Of a DNA stretch of 64,000 nucleotides, positions 9,039 through 20,030 are shown one piece after another. Position numbers and translations under genes: made by a program. The stretch's first letter is position 1. Each line of letters opens with the position of its first letter. The DNA lies in contig JBKEEB010000016.1 in NCBI GenBank assembly GCA_047975735.1, forward strand, positions 32,123 through 96,122, written 5' to 3'. Source of the stretch: Niabella sp. (lineage in GTDB: Bacteria > Bacteroidota > Bacteroidia > Chitinophagales > Chitinophagaceae). A model generated the notes under the pieces. It was not told the origin of the DNA, made no database searches, and saw only the letters and a list, made by a program, of their open reading frames with translations.

Positions 9039-9980
9039 TCAAAACTTCACATTATCGAAAATAAATTTGCTATCATCGTTCAATTCCTTATCGTAATAAG
9101 GGCTATACATTTTTGCCGAAATTGTTTTTCGTTTTTTATCAAATTCCAACAATCGTATATAGCCTCCGCCTGCATCTTTACACTGATAGTTAGATAACAC
9201 CTGATAAATTTTATTGCCTTGAGTTCCCACATCTATACGATGATTAGAATAGCATACATGCCCACTTAAAACCATCATAACATTTTTATGCGGTTTTCTG
9301 TATTGGTTAAAGACATCTACCACTTTCATATCTCCATATCCGGCATTGCTTGTGGCAATATCTCCTTTGGGCGTAAGGTGATAATGCGTTAACACAATAA
9401 CCTTATGTTTAGGATGTTCTTTTATGATTTTATCCATCCATTGGGCAGCTCCTTCCCTTGCACAAAACTCCAATACTACTACTAAGTATTTTTTTCCGCC
9501 GGCTTTAAATACCTGGTAAGAATTATCACTTTTGCCCGGCTCATAACGTCCTTTTTGAAGAGCGAACCTTCTTACAGGAAAATACTTATTAAACTTAAAC
9601 GTTTTGCGAAGATTGGCATTTACATTCCCGGGTGCTGCGCTACCGTTATCAGGCAATACCGCTTCCGTATCGTGATTACCTATAGCGATGGCATAAGGCA
9701 ATCCTACTTTATCTAAAGCTTCATAGCCCATTGAGGCACGCTCAAACTGTGGGATGGTATCAAAGTTTACCAGATCGCCCACATGCAAGGCAATGGGTAT
9801 ATTTAATGAATCCTTTGCTTTTGCAATCCAGTTGAGTTGTGCATAAAACATATCATGCCTATCGGTAACGGCCACTTGCGTATCAGGCAAAACCGGTATG
9901 GTAAACTTTGCAGGTGCACAACCAACTGCCAATACAATAAATAGTATCAGTAGTATATTATTGCTTTTTTTATTCATCAT
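9039..9980 (-). CDS. calcineurin-like metallophosphoesterase (lipoprotein)
   Basis: Lipobox 'LAVGCA' and motifs 'HVGDLVN', 'GNHD', 'VLTHYH' and 'SGHVC'. Confidence 0.8.
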   Translation of the reverse strand: MMNKKSNNILLILFIVLAVGCAPAKFTIPVLPDTQVAVTDRHDMFYAQLNWIAKAKDSLNIPIALHVGDLVNFDTIPQFERASMGYEALDKVGLPYAIAIGNHDTEAVLPDNGSAAPGNVNANLRKTFKFNKYFPVRRFALQKGRYEPGKSDNSYQVFKAGGKKYLVVVLEFCAREGAAQWMDKIIKEHPKHKVIVLTHYHLTPKGDIATSNAGYGDMKVVDVFNQYRKPHKNVMMVLSGHVCYSNHRIDVGTQGNKIYQVLSNYQCKDAGGGYIRLLEFDKKRKTISAKMYSPYYDKELNDDSKFIFDNVKF

Positions 9981-10002
9981 TAAATTTTTATAATAATAGC
10001 TC

Positions 10003-11154
10003 CTATTTATTTAAAGCCGCTTTAATAACCTTTGCTCTTTCTGTTTCGGTAGCGGAAGGAGCTGGTGTTGCATCTCTACTAAACCAAAAAGCATCAATTC
10101 CTTCGGGTTGTTCCAAGCTCCAGCCCTGCCATTCGCGAAATGCATGATATGTCCACGGCCATTTTCTTTCTTCAAATAAGTCGGTAATATCTTTTAACCA
10201 TTGTGTAGAAGAAGCTACCGGCACCCAGGTAATCACACTAAACTCACCCACATAAATAGGTACATTATATTGTTTTTGAAAATCATCAACCGGTTTTAAC
10301 TCCGCTACTAAAGCGGCTTTATCCCAATATTTTCCGTTTAAAGTACCCGGATATATTTTGTTAATGGCATCCAATGCTTCTGCACGGGTAGCTGTAGCCG
10401 AGCTGTAAAAATCTAAACCAACATGGGTAAGGGAGCTTTGCGGTGTATAAAAATGTACACTGTAAATAACTTTTTTGTCGGTTAAGGGTTGTAAATTAAT
10501 AAAGCCGCCAGTATTGCCCCATGGGCCAGGTTCATAAACAATCCAAACATCTTGATCAATTTTTCTAATTTCTGCAATAATATCCGGAGCCATTGCCCGC
10601 CATCTTTGCGGAATGGTATTCAACTCTACGGGTTCGTTGTAAATATCATAACCCCATATCGCATCATCATACTCAGATGATTTAAATAGCTCGGCTACTT
10701 TTTTCCAAAAATCAATGAACGATGTTTTTACATCTGCCCTATCCCAAAATTCTTTGGTATTCCAGTATGAAGAATTTGAAAGCTGACCGTCTTTTAAAAT
10801 TAATGGCTCGTGTAAATCAATAACTACTTTAAATCCGGAGTTTTTCGCCATATCAACTTTCTGTTTTAGGATATTGAGATAATCCGGCAAAGCCGCCCAA
10901 ATATCTTTACCGTTATTGATTGCATATCTTGTAGGAAGCACCTGAACTCTGATGAGCTTAGCCCCCCAGCTTTTCATGGTATTAATACCGGACTGATCCA
11001 GTTCTTCTACTCTGGCTGTCATGAATCCTTTAGCCAAGGCAGGAGTTTCGTTACCTTGTTCGGGTGGCGGTTCTGTTCCCTTAGGAACTGACTTATCCCC
11101 ACAGGATAACAACAATAATACTAATGCCGTAAATAAAATAGTTATTCTGTTCAT
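10003..11154 (-). CDS. glycoside hydrolase family 5-like (lipoprotein)
   Basis: Lipobox 'LLLSCG', acid/base 'IYNEP' and nucleophile 'YVGEFS' motifs characteristic of GH5 (clan GH-A). Confidence 0.8.
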   Translation of the reverse strand: MNRITILFTALVLLLLSCGDKSVPKGTEPPPEQGNETPALAKGFMTARVEELDQSGINTMKSWGAKLIRVQVLPTRYAINNGKDIWAALPDYLNILKQKVDMAKNSGFKVVIDLHEPLILKDGQLSNSSYWNTKEFWDRADVKTSFIDFWKKVAELFKSSEYDDAIWGYDIYNEPVELNTIPQRWRAMAPDIIAEIRKIDQDVWIVYEPGPWGNTGGFINLQPLTDKKVIYSVHFYTPQSSLTHVGLDFYSSATATRAEALDAINKIYPGTLNGKYWDKAALVAELKPVDDFQKQYNVPIYVGEFSVITWVPVASSTQWLKDITDLFEERKWPWTYHAFREWQGWSLEQPEGIDAFWFSRDATPAPSATETERAKVIKAALNK

Positions 11155-11507
11155 ATTAAAAAGTTTTATTTGATAAGATTAAAATATTGGTCATACCGGG
11201 TTAGCTTGTAAATGTTAATGAGTGCTTGGATATTTATCCGAATTTGAACTGATAGTATAATTAAATGCTTATTGTTTCGAATATTAAAAACCGGATCTTT
11301 TACTAAAAAGGCAACAACGGTATGTTTAGATGCTGTTTTTATTTATATCAAAAAAGATACCGATATCAATTGCATTTCGAGTTCTTTTAATACATGCTAA
11401 CCATCCAATCAAGCGGCGCATATTTGCGCAACCTGATTGTGATTAGTTAGTATTTTTATCTTTTTAATTTTAAAAAAAGAATATTATTTTGTGTAGCATC
11501 CCCATTA

Positions 11508-13322
11508 TTACTCGTACCCCGGGTTTTCTTTTAAGTTTGTATTAGCCTGCGTTCTTGCCAATGTAATGGGGAAATAATAGTTGTAATCAAAAAACACAGG
11601 ATTGGAATTACCATTATCATAATTTGTAAATACTTGTAATTTGTATTTGTGCGTGTTGCTATTAGGATCGTAGGAATTATAATCTAAAATATACCTCAGC
11701 CCACTTCTGTTTACGGTTAACACATTTTTGGCAATTCTCCATCTTCTTAAATCCCAATATCTATGCGCTTCAAAGGCTAATTCCACTTTACGCTCGTGCC
11801 TGATCTGATCCATCGTTATAGAACCCAAAGTTCCGGTTATGCCTGCCCGCGCTCTAATTTGGTTAATGACGGTAAGTGCATCGCCGGCATGGTTTAGCTC
11901 AAAAGATGCTTCGGCATAATTAAGTAAGGTTTCTGCATAGCGGAACAAAATCCAGTCTGTGCTGGAACTATATCCAGTACCGGCATCCATATTGCTTTTA
12001 GACTCGTCTAGGTATTTTAATATTCCGAAGCCGCCAAAACCACCATTCTCTCCTCGGTTTATTACACCATTATAAGTAGTGTTTACAACGCTTCCATCCG
12101 GAGTTAGAATTCCGTTCCTAAAATTCAGGATCCTACCCTGCCAAGGCATTTCGTTAGTATAAATGGAAGCTGCAAACCGAGGATCTTTATTGCCCCATAA
12201 TTGTTCCATTGTCCATAATCCGGTTTGAAAATCGGCATTGGTTCTTGTATCGGGGGATCCATCTATATTATCAAACTCTTTCACCATTTCTAAATAAGGG
12301 CCAATAGTGTTTCCCTGCCCCCATGCTCCCGGTCTTGGACAATTAAAGAAGTCATACTGCCATCCATTACCTCCCGCATCACGGTTTTGGTCATTATGTA
12401 CTCTCGCAAAAATGGTTTCAATGTTTCTTTCATCAAGAAAGATATTTCTAAAATTCTTGACTTTATCGTCAGGGTATTTGTTATACAAGTCAAATTTATG
12501 GCTATCCATTATTTCCTTTGACGCATCTAAGGATTTCTGAAAATACACATCGGCATCGGATGCAGGAAAGCCCAATAACCCATTTAATTGCAGTGTGCCA
12601 TATTTGGCTATGGAACCTGCATAGAGGGCTGCTCTAGATTTTAGTGCGATAGCGGCATACTTTCCGGGTCTGCCATAATCGGCATCAGGAACCGTTTCCT
12701 GCAAATCATTTTTAATGGCATCCATTTCAGCAATAATAAAATCGTAGATTTCTTTTTCGGAGTTTCTTGCCGGAAACAGCTCTTCCTCAGGATCACTAAT
12801 ATTTTGAACTTTCGTAATTAGTGGCACTCCACCATACCTGATGGCCATTTCAAAATAGTTAAAAGCCCTAATAAACCTTGCCTCGGCGACCCTTTGTGTT
12901 TTAAGATTTTCATCAAGTGGCGAACTGGGAACTTTGCTAATAAAAAGGTTAAGATTTCTGATAATTTTATAAGGTCTCTCCCACCATTCTAGAAAACCGC
13001 CGCCTATTCTTATCCCATTCATTTTAGTTCCATGCGCGCTACCGGCCCAACCACTATTTGTTTTACACTCATCGGTAATAGAATGAATAAGAAAGATATA
13101 ATAATGTTTATCGCCGGAACCCATGTATGGCTGCAATACCGATTCGCTTTCCCAAACAGATGTTTGAGCATACGCTTCTGTAAGGTATGCATCCATTAGC
13201 GCGGGGTCTGCCCAAACCATGTCTTCAGTAATTATATCTAAAGGTTTTTTATCTAACACCCCTTTTTGACAAGAAGTGAATATGACGATTATAAAAAGTA
13301 TATATATATAAATTGTTCTCAT
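11508..13322 (-). CDS. SusD/RagB family nutrient-binding outer-membrane lipoprotein
   Basis: 604 aa with lipobox 'FTSCQ', located immediately downstream of the SusC-like gene. The C-terminal 'RKVELAFEAHRYWDLRRW' motif is typical of SusD-like proteins. Confidence 0.88.
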   Translation of the reverse strand: MRTIYIYILFIIVIFTSCQKGVLDKKPLDIITEDMVWADPALMDAYLTEAYAQTSVWESESVLQPYMGSGDKHYYIFLIHSITDECKTNSGWAGSAHGTKMNGIRIGGGFLEWWERPYKIIRNLNLFISKVPSSPLDENLKTQRVAEARFIRAFNYFEMAIRYGGVPLITKVQNISDPEEELFPARNSEKEIYDFIIAEMDAIKNDLQETVPDADYGRPGKYAAIALKSRAALYAGSIAKYGTLQLNGLLGFPASDADVYFQKSLDASKEIMDSHKFDLYNKYPDDKVKNFRNIFLDERNIETIFARVHNDQNRDAGGNGWQYDFFNCPRPGAWGQGNTIGPYLEMVKEFDNIDGSPDTRTNADFQTGLWTMEQLWGNKDPRFAASIYTNEMPWQGRILNFRNGILTPDGSVVNTTYNGVINRGENGGFGGFGILKYLDESKSNMDAGTGYSSSTDWILFRYAETLLNYAEASFELNHAGDALTVINQIRARAGITGTLGSITMDQIRHERKVELAFEAHRYWDLRRWRIAKNVLTVNRSGLRYILDYNSYDPNSNTHKYKLQVFTNYDNGNSNPVFFDYNYYFPITLARTQANTNLKENPGYE

Positions 13323-13363
13323 ATTAATGTATTTAAGCTTTCGAAATATGAACAGTACAGGAA

Positions 13364-16300
13364 CTATAATGATACATTTAGTCCTATGCTGATTGTTTTT
13401 TGTTGTGGATAGTAGTGTCCTCCCCTGCCTGACGGAGATTCGGGATCCAACTGATATTTTTTCAATTTGTCAAAAGTGAAGAAGTTCACTCCGGCAACAA
13501 ATACCCTTACATTTTCTAAACCAATCGGTTTAATAACACTGTATGGAACCGTGTACCCTACAGCAAATGTTTTCAAACGCAGGTAACCCGCTTTTTTATA
13601 ATTGTAGTCAGAAGTAGGACCTAAACCCCTACCGCCAAGGCGAGGAATCAATGCATATCTATTTGTGCTACCTTCTGTCCAACGTTCATTATATCTAACT
13701 TGGGGAGCAACTCCGCCAAAATAGTAGATAGCTGTATAGTACCCAAAAGCACCCTGAAACAAAGTAGAAAGGTCAAAGTTTTTATACCGGAGATTTGCAT
13801 TTAGTCCAAACATCCAATGAGGCATTGTTCCTTTACCCAGTGCTACAACATCCTGCCTGTCTATTTTATCATCTCCATTAATGTTAACATATTTAATATC
13901 TCCGGGTCTTAAAGAAGAGTTAGGTGTTGCATTTCCATCCTGATTATACCCCAGATTGTCTATTTCTTCCTGACTCATAAAGAGGCCATCCGTTTTGTAC
14001 CCATATACAATATCTGTCCATCTTCCGGTTCTTTTATCAGTCCTTTCAACAGCTTCATCAGTAAACTCCGGTTCATCATAATACTTCCATTTTGCTCTTG
14101 ACCAAGACAATGTAGAGCTTAGATCCCACACCCAATTTTTAGAACTGCCGGAGGTTCCTAACTTGGTTTCAAAACCTCTGTTTGCTATACTGTTCAAGTT
14201 CTCTATAGGCAAATCAGCTCCAAATGTTGATGGCAAACTCGATCTTCTGTAAGCAGGAATACCGGTTCTTTCTCTGTAGAAAACATCTACTGTTCCGTAT
14301 AATTTATTCCTCCATAAAGAGAAATCTACACCGGCATTCATTGTAGTTGTTTTTTCCCAGGTTAAATTTGGATTGGGCATTCCCAAAGCTACCAATCCGG
14401 GATATCCTGAATTTCCAAAAGAGTATGCCATACCTTGTGAAGGATCGGTAGCTATTTTGTACCCGGTCATATAATCGAAATTGCCTACATCATCAATTCC
14501 AGCCGTACCATAACTCAACCTAAGTTTTAAATCCTGTAAATTGTCTGAAAATGTCTGCATGAATTTTTCCTTGTTCATCCTCCATGCTACAGTTACACCG
14601 GGGAAATAGCCCCATCTTGTTTCTTTAGGATATTTGGCAGAGGCATCCGCTCTAAAATTAATATCCATCAAATAACGGGTATCGTAATTATAGCTCAATC
14701 TTCCCACATAACTTTTCCTTCCCATTTCGCTGGTACTTCCATCATTCCTCATACCAGTAGTACTTCCTCCGCGAATTTCCTCAATTAAAGGCGTTAAAAA
14801 TTCATTTCTGTAACCATATAACGAATTATAATAATAATCAGCTATCTCATGAACGGCTATAAAAGAAATATCGTGTAAGCCAATCTTTTTGTCGTACCCT
14901 ACAGAAAACTGCCCAGTTAGCACCCTATTTTTTGACTCACTTTGGCTTAAAGAGGCGGCACTGCCCAATGCTCCTTCTAATTTATACAAATCAGCTTCGT
15001 AATTGTAGGTATAAAATTGTACCGGCCTTACAAATTCTTTTAAAGAGCTATAATCCTGATTAATATTAAAGAAGGCTTTTGCATGAAGCCCTTTCAATAA
15101 TGTTGAATTATAGGACAAGGCAACTGTACTCATAATATTTTGGCTTGTCCTGTCTCTATAGCCGGCAATATCCCTATTACCCATTATATGTGCGCCCCCT
15201 GTATTTGAACCAACGGCCCATGATAATTTTGTTGGATCGGGTAGCTCTGTAGGAAAAACGGGTTGTGTATTCCAATAGTCTTCCCATACGGTATAGTCGC
15301 CATCATCCAATCCACGCCAAGGGGCTTTGGTAATCCCAAAATTGGTATTCAGGTTCATGGTAAACGAGAACTGTTCAGAAATACGGGCATCAATATTTGA
15401 GATCAGGTTATATCTTTTATAACCGCTACCACCGCGTTTAAACATCGTTTCCTGATCCAGCATACCCAAAAACCCGTAATACTTTATATTTTCTGAGCCC
15501 CCGCGAACAGAAACATTATGCTGTTGTTGGGGAGCCCATTTGTCGAAAATATAATCAAACCAGTTAGTGTTGGGATATTGAGGATCTGTGCCATCATAAA
15601 ATTTTTGTATTTCTTCTTCCGTATATGGGGGCTGTACTTTCGGGATTACCTCCTTGTATATGGCCTTCACGTGCCATTTCGGCAAACTGGCCGCCCGTAA
15701 CAGGTTTTGGCATAATGGTTATGGATTGCCAGGTACGGGATGTATTAAAGTTAATTACCGGCCTTGTACTATTACCTCTTTTTGTGGTAACCAGTATAAC
15801 ACCATTACCGGCTCGGGCTCCGTATATTGAAGCAGAAGCATCTTTCAATACCGAAACTGACTCGATGGTATTGGGATCTAAGGTTGAAAAATCGGCTATA
15901 ACCCCATCTACCACTACCAAACGAGCTCCAAAGCCTCTTATATTTAATGCGGCCTGATCGGCACTGGGCTGGCCACTTGCCTGAACAGAAATTAAACCAG
16001 ATAAACGCCCTGCCAATGTATTGGTAACATTGCCCACAGGAGCTACCGTTAAATCGGTGCCTTTAACGGTTGAAATAGAACCTGTTATTTCCTCCCGCTT
16101 TTTTGTGCCATAGCCCACTACTACCACTTCTTGTAAATCATTTTCCAATGATTCTAATACAACGGATATATCATTAGGGTTATTAATTACTCTTTCTACT
16201 GTAATTTTACCAACTCTGGAAAAAACCAATGTTTCTCCAAGAGCCGCATCAATTGAAAATTGCCCTTTTTCATTGGTAACCGTGCCTGTTGCTTTCCCTT

Positions 16301-16754
16301 TTACTGATACTGTTACGCCCGGCATTGGAACCCCTTCTGCATCAAGCACCACACCTTTTACGGGCACATAAATTAAATCGTCCGGCCTGTCTTTGGCCTT
16401 TACAATTACCAGTTTATTACGAGCTACTTTATACTCAAACCCTGTGTTGTCTAAAACCTTTTGAAGTACTTCCCTAACAGGCATGTCCCTGATGGCAAGT
16501 TCTACTCTTATTGAATTAAGTTCTTCGTTTTCATGATATAGGAATCTGTAGCCGGCCTGCTTTTCTATTGTATTAAATATATCCTTAAGTGTAGCATTTT
16601 TGGCAGTTAAGGTAATAGTGGATTGCGAATATCCTATGGCAGCGGCCTGCATACTGATTGCAAACATTAAAATTGTTACGAATTTCATAACAAGCAGGGT
16701 TTTAATCCATGATTTTTGTACATGAAAATTTGCTTTAATAGCATTTTTTTGCAT
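13364..16754 (-). pseudogene. SusC-type TonB-dependent transducer (STN, CarboxypepD_reg, plug and barrel domains), split by a frameshift
   Basis: Two overlapping ORFs, 15594-16754 and 13364-15685. The N-terminal part carries an STN-like signalling domain, 'VKGVVLDAEGVPMPGVTV' and the plug. The C-terminal part is the barrel and ends '...ISIGLNVSL'. Removing one nucleotide near 15638-15644 gives a continuous '...EGHIQGGNPKVQPPYTEEEIQKF...'. Confidence 0.85.
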
Positions 16755-16820
16755 AATTTGCAGTTATTAAGTTAAGAAATGGGGCATCGTTAATGGCAGC
16801 CCGTTAAATTTTTAGCTTTT

Positions 16821-16848
16821 GGGAGATGTTGGCGCATCTCCTTTTTTT
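16821..16848 (+). terminator. plus-strand-oriented intrinsic-terminator-like hairpin between two minus-strand genes
   Basis: ggagatg-ttggcg-catctcc followed by T7 on the + strand. On the - strand there is no U-tract after the stem. Confidence 0.45.
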
Positions 16849-16867
16849 GTGTTTAAATCATTGTAAG

Positions 16868-17950
16868 TTATTTTTTAGTGATATAAATTTTATGCTGATC
16901 GATTTTATATTTAAAACCGTAAGTAAATTGCAAAGCATCTAAAGCCTCCTCCAAATTCTCATCTTTAAAGGCTCCTGTAAATTTTTCGGCAGCCAATACC
17001 GAATCGTTAATAAAAATTTGTACATGATACCATTTTTCCATTTTTTTGGCAAGACTAGTAAGGCTTTCGTTATTAAATACTAATTGTCCCTGAATCCAGG
17101 CAATCTCCGGTATCAGTCCACTTTTTTGTTCTACTTTTAGTGGCTCTTTTATTAAGGGTTGGCTGGCGGCCACTTCAGGTTTGCTCGCCCCCCCTCCTAT
17201 AACATCAACGACTACCTTTTCATTAGGCTCCATCAATATTTTTCTTTCTTTATTATTTTCATGCACCACTAACTCAATAGAACCACGAATGAGCGATGTT
17301 TCAATTTCTTTGCTCGAGGCATAAGACTTGATATTGAAAGCGGTTCCTTTTACTTTAACATCCACTACCCCGGCATGAACCACCATTGGTAGTTCAGCTT
17401 TATGAGCCACATCAAAGAACGCTTCGCCTTCTAACACAATTTCCCGATTGGTTTTGCCAAAATTTTCGTTGTAAGTAATACGGCTGTTATTATTTAACCA
17501 AACCACCGACCCATCCGGCAATACATTTCTTGTTTTTTCTGTAGTAGCGGTTAATAATTGCACGGGGTTAGGCATTTCAGCCACCTGCACACCGGCAGTA
17601 GTAGTTACAGGGTTATCCTTATTAAATAACCATAGGGACCCGGCCAACGCAAAGATGGCTATTATTGACGCGGCTACCCACCACTTTAGAGATATTATGC
17701 TGAACGATTTTTTAGTTTCTGGAACGCTACTTGTTGTTTCAATTTTTTCTGCTATCTGCTGCCAAGCAGCATCAACCCCCTTATTGGTTTTATTAGCAGC
17801 CCGCATATACTTAAAGTATTTCTCGTGCAACTTTACCCTTGCTGCCAGGTCAGGATTAGCCAAAAGCAGCCCTTCCAGCTCGCGCAACTCATCAATTCCG
17901 GCTTCACCGGAAAGCTTTCTGCCCAATAAATACCAAACTCTTGAAGACAT
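16868..17950 (-). CDS. FecR family anti-sigma factor / transmembrane sensor
   Basis: 360 aa. It has an N-terminal cytoplasmic anti-sigma region, a single TM ('WWVAASIIAIFALAGSLWLF') and a FecR-like periplasmic domain, and lies directly upstream of an STN-containing SusC. Confidence 0.88.
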   Translation of the reverse strand: MSSRVWYLLGRKLSGEAGIDELRELEGLLLANPDLAARVKLHEKYFKYMRAANKTNKGVDAAWQQIAEKIETTSSVPETKKSFSIISLKWWVAASIIAIFALAGSLWLFNKDNPVTTTAGVQVAEMPNPVQLLTATTEKTRNVLPDGSVVWLNNNSRITYNENFGKTNREIVLEGEAFFDVAHKAELPMVVHAGVVDVKVKGTAFNIKSYASSKEIETSLIRGSIELVVHENNKERKILMEPNEKVVVDVIGGGASKPEVAASQPLIKEPLKVEQKSGLIPEIAWIQGQLVFNNESLTSLAKKMEKWYHVQIFINDSVLAAEKFTGAFKDENLEEALDALQFTYGFKYKIDQHKIYITKK

Positions 17951-17988
17951 TTTTATTACAATATATTAGTATGAGTGTTCGGCTATTG

Positions 17989-18005
17989 AAAATCACCTAA
18001 AAAAA
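17989..18005 (-). promoter_or_regulatory. shared upstream motif TTTTTAGGTGATTTT (copy 1, upstream of fecR-like gene)
   Basis: The minus strand reads aaaagtttttt...tttttaggtgattttcaatagcc, ~39 nt upstream of the ATG at 17950. A near-identical block lies upstream of the GH127-like gene. Confidence 0.4.
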
Positions 18006-18030
18006 TAAAAAACTTTTTTCTACTTCTGTA

Positions 18031-19920
18031 TTATTTTCCGGTACGTGGGTCAATAGGTTCGGTAAACCAAATTAAATAGGCCGACTCCTCCGTCCAAGTG
18101 TTCCCGGCAGAAGCAAAATCGGTTAATACCAAACTTTCATCCACATCTTCATCGCCTACTATTTCTTTTTTAAACGGTATTTTAACTTCTACATACATGT
18201 CTTTCTTTGAAGATGCCTTTATTTCAAAAGGAATGCTGCCATTTTTAATTACAGGTGTATAATAGCTGTAAAACGGCGTTTTTTGATACCGGCTGTCTGA
18301 TGCCAAAACTAACGGGCCATAAAATAGTGCGTATTTTGTAGGGTCGTCGTTTAAGAAGTACTGCCTCACTTTCATATCAAATTTCAGGGTAATTACATCT
18401 CCTTTCTGCCACTCCCTATTTATTTCTGCATAGGTTCCTGCCTTCGGACTGTTTACTACATCTTTGCCGTTAATTGTAAGGGTATTGTTTTTACTCCATT
18501 CCGGAATACGAAGTTTTACCCCAAATTCTGCACTTTTTTTAGGATTTATTTTAATGGTTATTTCACCCGTTTTAGGATATTCCGTTATCTGTTCTACATC
18601 TACAAGGTTTTTATTTACTTCCAAATTAGCCGTAGATGGAGCGTAAAAATTAATAACAAGCCCGTTTTCATAAGTCATAAATGCCTGTTTGGGTAAAACA
18701 ACCATGCCACGTGGACCGTTTGCTTCGCAACAATTGGTGTTCATACCACATTGCCTCTCACCAAAATATCTTAACCCGCTAATGTCGGTATATTTGCTCC
18801 ATGCATGCCCGTCAGGTGTCATAGCTCCTAACATACTATTATAAAAAGTTTTCTCAAACTCATTTGCCCATTTTACATCGCCGGTAGTTCTTAATAATTG
18901 CAGGCAGAACTTAGCCCAAGTAGTAGTAACACAGGTTTCGTTAGCATGCTTTACCGGTACTGATTGGGTGTTGGCACCATGTAGCCAGCATTCCATTGCT
19001 GAGCCGCTTCCAATAATATACATTTCATCCTTACGAATATTCTCTGCTGTATTAAGAATGGCCTGCAAATATTTAGGTTTTTTTTCTATACGATACAACT
19101 CCATTAACCCTTCGTAGCAGGACATCATTTCGTAAGCCTTTTTACCATTTAAAGAGCCAAACCAAACTTCCGGTACCGGAAACCTGTACCCTACGGGAAT
19201 ACTCTCCAAGCCTTTTTCTATTAATTGGGACGCTTCCGGCTCTGACCAAGAATCGACAATATTATCGGCGAAAGCCAAGTAGGATGGCTGTTTGGTAATA
19301 TTATACAGTTGCACAATGGGCTCTAAAATGGAAGAAGCTGCCATACCCCTGTAATTCCCAAATTCATAATAAGGTTTATGGGTTGCGGAGGTTGCTTTAA
19401 TTACATAATTAGCCAACTTTTTAGCAGCCTCTAAAGTTTTCTTATCTTTTGAAATGTCGTAATATCCTATTAATCCCAACAGGCAGTATTTCATTCCCCA
19501 AATATCCCATTGCTGTAACCGTGCTTCGGGCGTGTAGTTACCAATGTATCCATCATCGGTTTGTGTAGCGATTAACCCCTCTATACCTTCTTTAATTTTA
19601 CGTAATAACTGTTCATTCTTAGTATGACGGTAAGCATCAATGGCTGAGGTAATCCATTTACCCCAAAACTCAGATTGCCACATTTTTGTTTCGGTTCTGC
19701 TTCGAAACGGAGCTACATAATAATCTGGGCTGGCGGCAAGAATGCCATTTTCTATACAGGTGTTTAATTTTTCACCCACATATCCCGAAAAATGTACTTT
19801 ATCTAATTCGGGTATAAAAAATACATCCTGATTTTGCCCCTCAAGCTTATCAGTACAAAGCATTAATACGATTGAAAAACAAAAGGCGATGACAAACCGG
19901 TAATTTTTTCTTTGCAACAT
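18031..19920 (-). CDS. GH127-like (DUF1680 / beta-L-arabinofuranosidase family) glycoside hydrolase
   Basis: 629 aa with a signal peptide. Length and motifs fit the family, including the Cys-rich 'CGMNTNCCEANGPRG' segment resembling the GH127 metal/catalytic Cys cluster. Confidence 0.7.
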   Translation of the reverse strand: MLQRKNYRFVIAFCFSIVLMLCTDKLEGQNQDVFFIPELDKVHFSGYVGEKLNTCIENGILAASPDYYVAPFRSRTETKMWQSEFWGKWITSAIDAYRHTKNEQLLRKIKEGIEGLIATQTDDGYIGNYTPEARLQQWDIWGMKYCLLGLIGYYDISKDKKTLEAAKKLANYVIKATSATHKPYYEFGNYRGMAASSILEPIVQLYNITKQPSYLAFADNIVDSWSEPEASQLIEKGLESIPVGYRFPVPEVWFGSLNGKKAYEMMSCYEGLMELYRIEKKPKYLQAILNTAENIRKDEMYIIGSGSAMECWLHGANTQSVPVKHANETCVTTTWAKFCLQLLRTTGDVKWANEFEKTFYNSMLGAMTPDGHAWSKYTDISGLRYFGERQCGMNTNCCEANGPRGMVVLPKQAFMTYENGLVINFYAPSTANLEVNKNLVDVEQITEYPKTGEITIKINPKKSAEFGVKLRIPEWSKNNTLTINGKDVVNSPKAGTYAEINREWQKGDVITLKFDMKVRQYFLNDDPTKYALFYGPLVLASDSRYQKTPFYSYYTPVIKNGSIPFEIKASSKKDMYVEVKIPFKKEIVGDEDVDESLVLTDFASAGNTWTEESAYLIWFTEPIDPRTGK

Positions 19921-19951
19921 ACTATCGTTTTTTAGTAAGAGTTGCTACAAT

Positions 19952-19968
19952 AAAAAATCACCTAAAAA
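19952..19968 (-). promoter_or_regulatory. shared upstream motif TTTTTAGGTGATTTT (copy 2, upstream of GH127-like gene)
   Basis: The minus strand reads aaaagtttttaggtgattttttattgtagca, ~32 nt upstream of the ATG at 19920. Confidence 0.4.
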
Positions 19969-19982
19969 CTTTTGTGTAAAAC

Positions 19983-20011
19983 AAAAAAATGCCCCGCATT
20001 TGCGAGGCATT
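19983..20011 (-). terminator. intrinsic terminator of the rplQ-ending ribosomal operon
   Basis: The minus strand reads aatgcc-t-cgca-aa-tgcg-g-ggcatt followed by T7, ~20 nt after the rplQ stop. Confidence 0.8.
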
Positions 20012-20030
20012 ATAAAAATATGATTATCTA

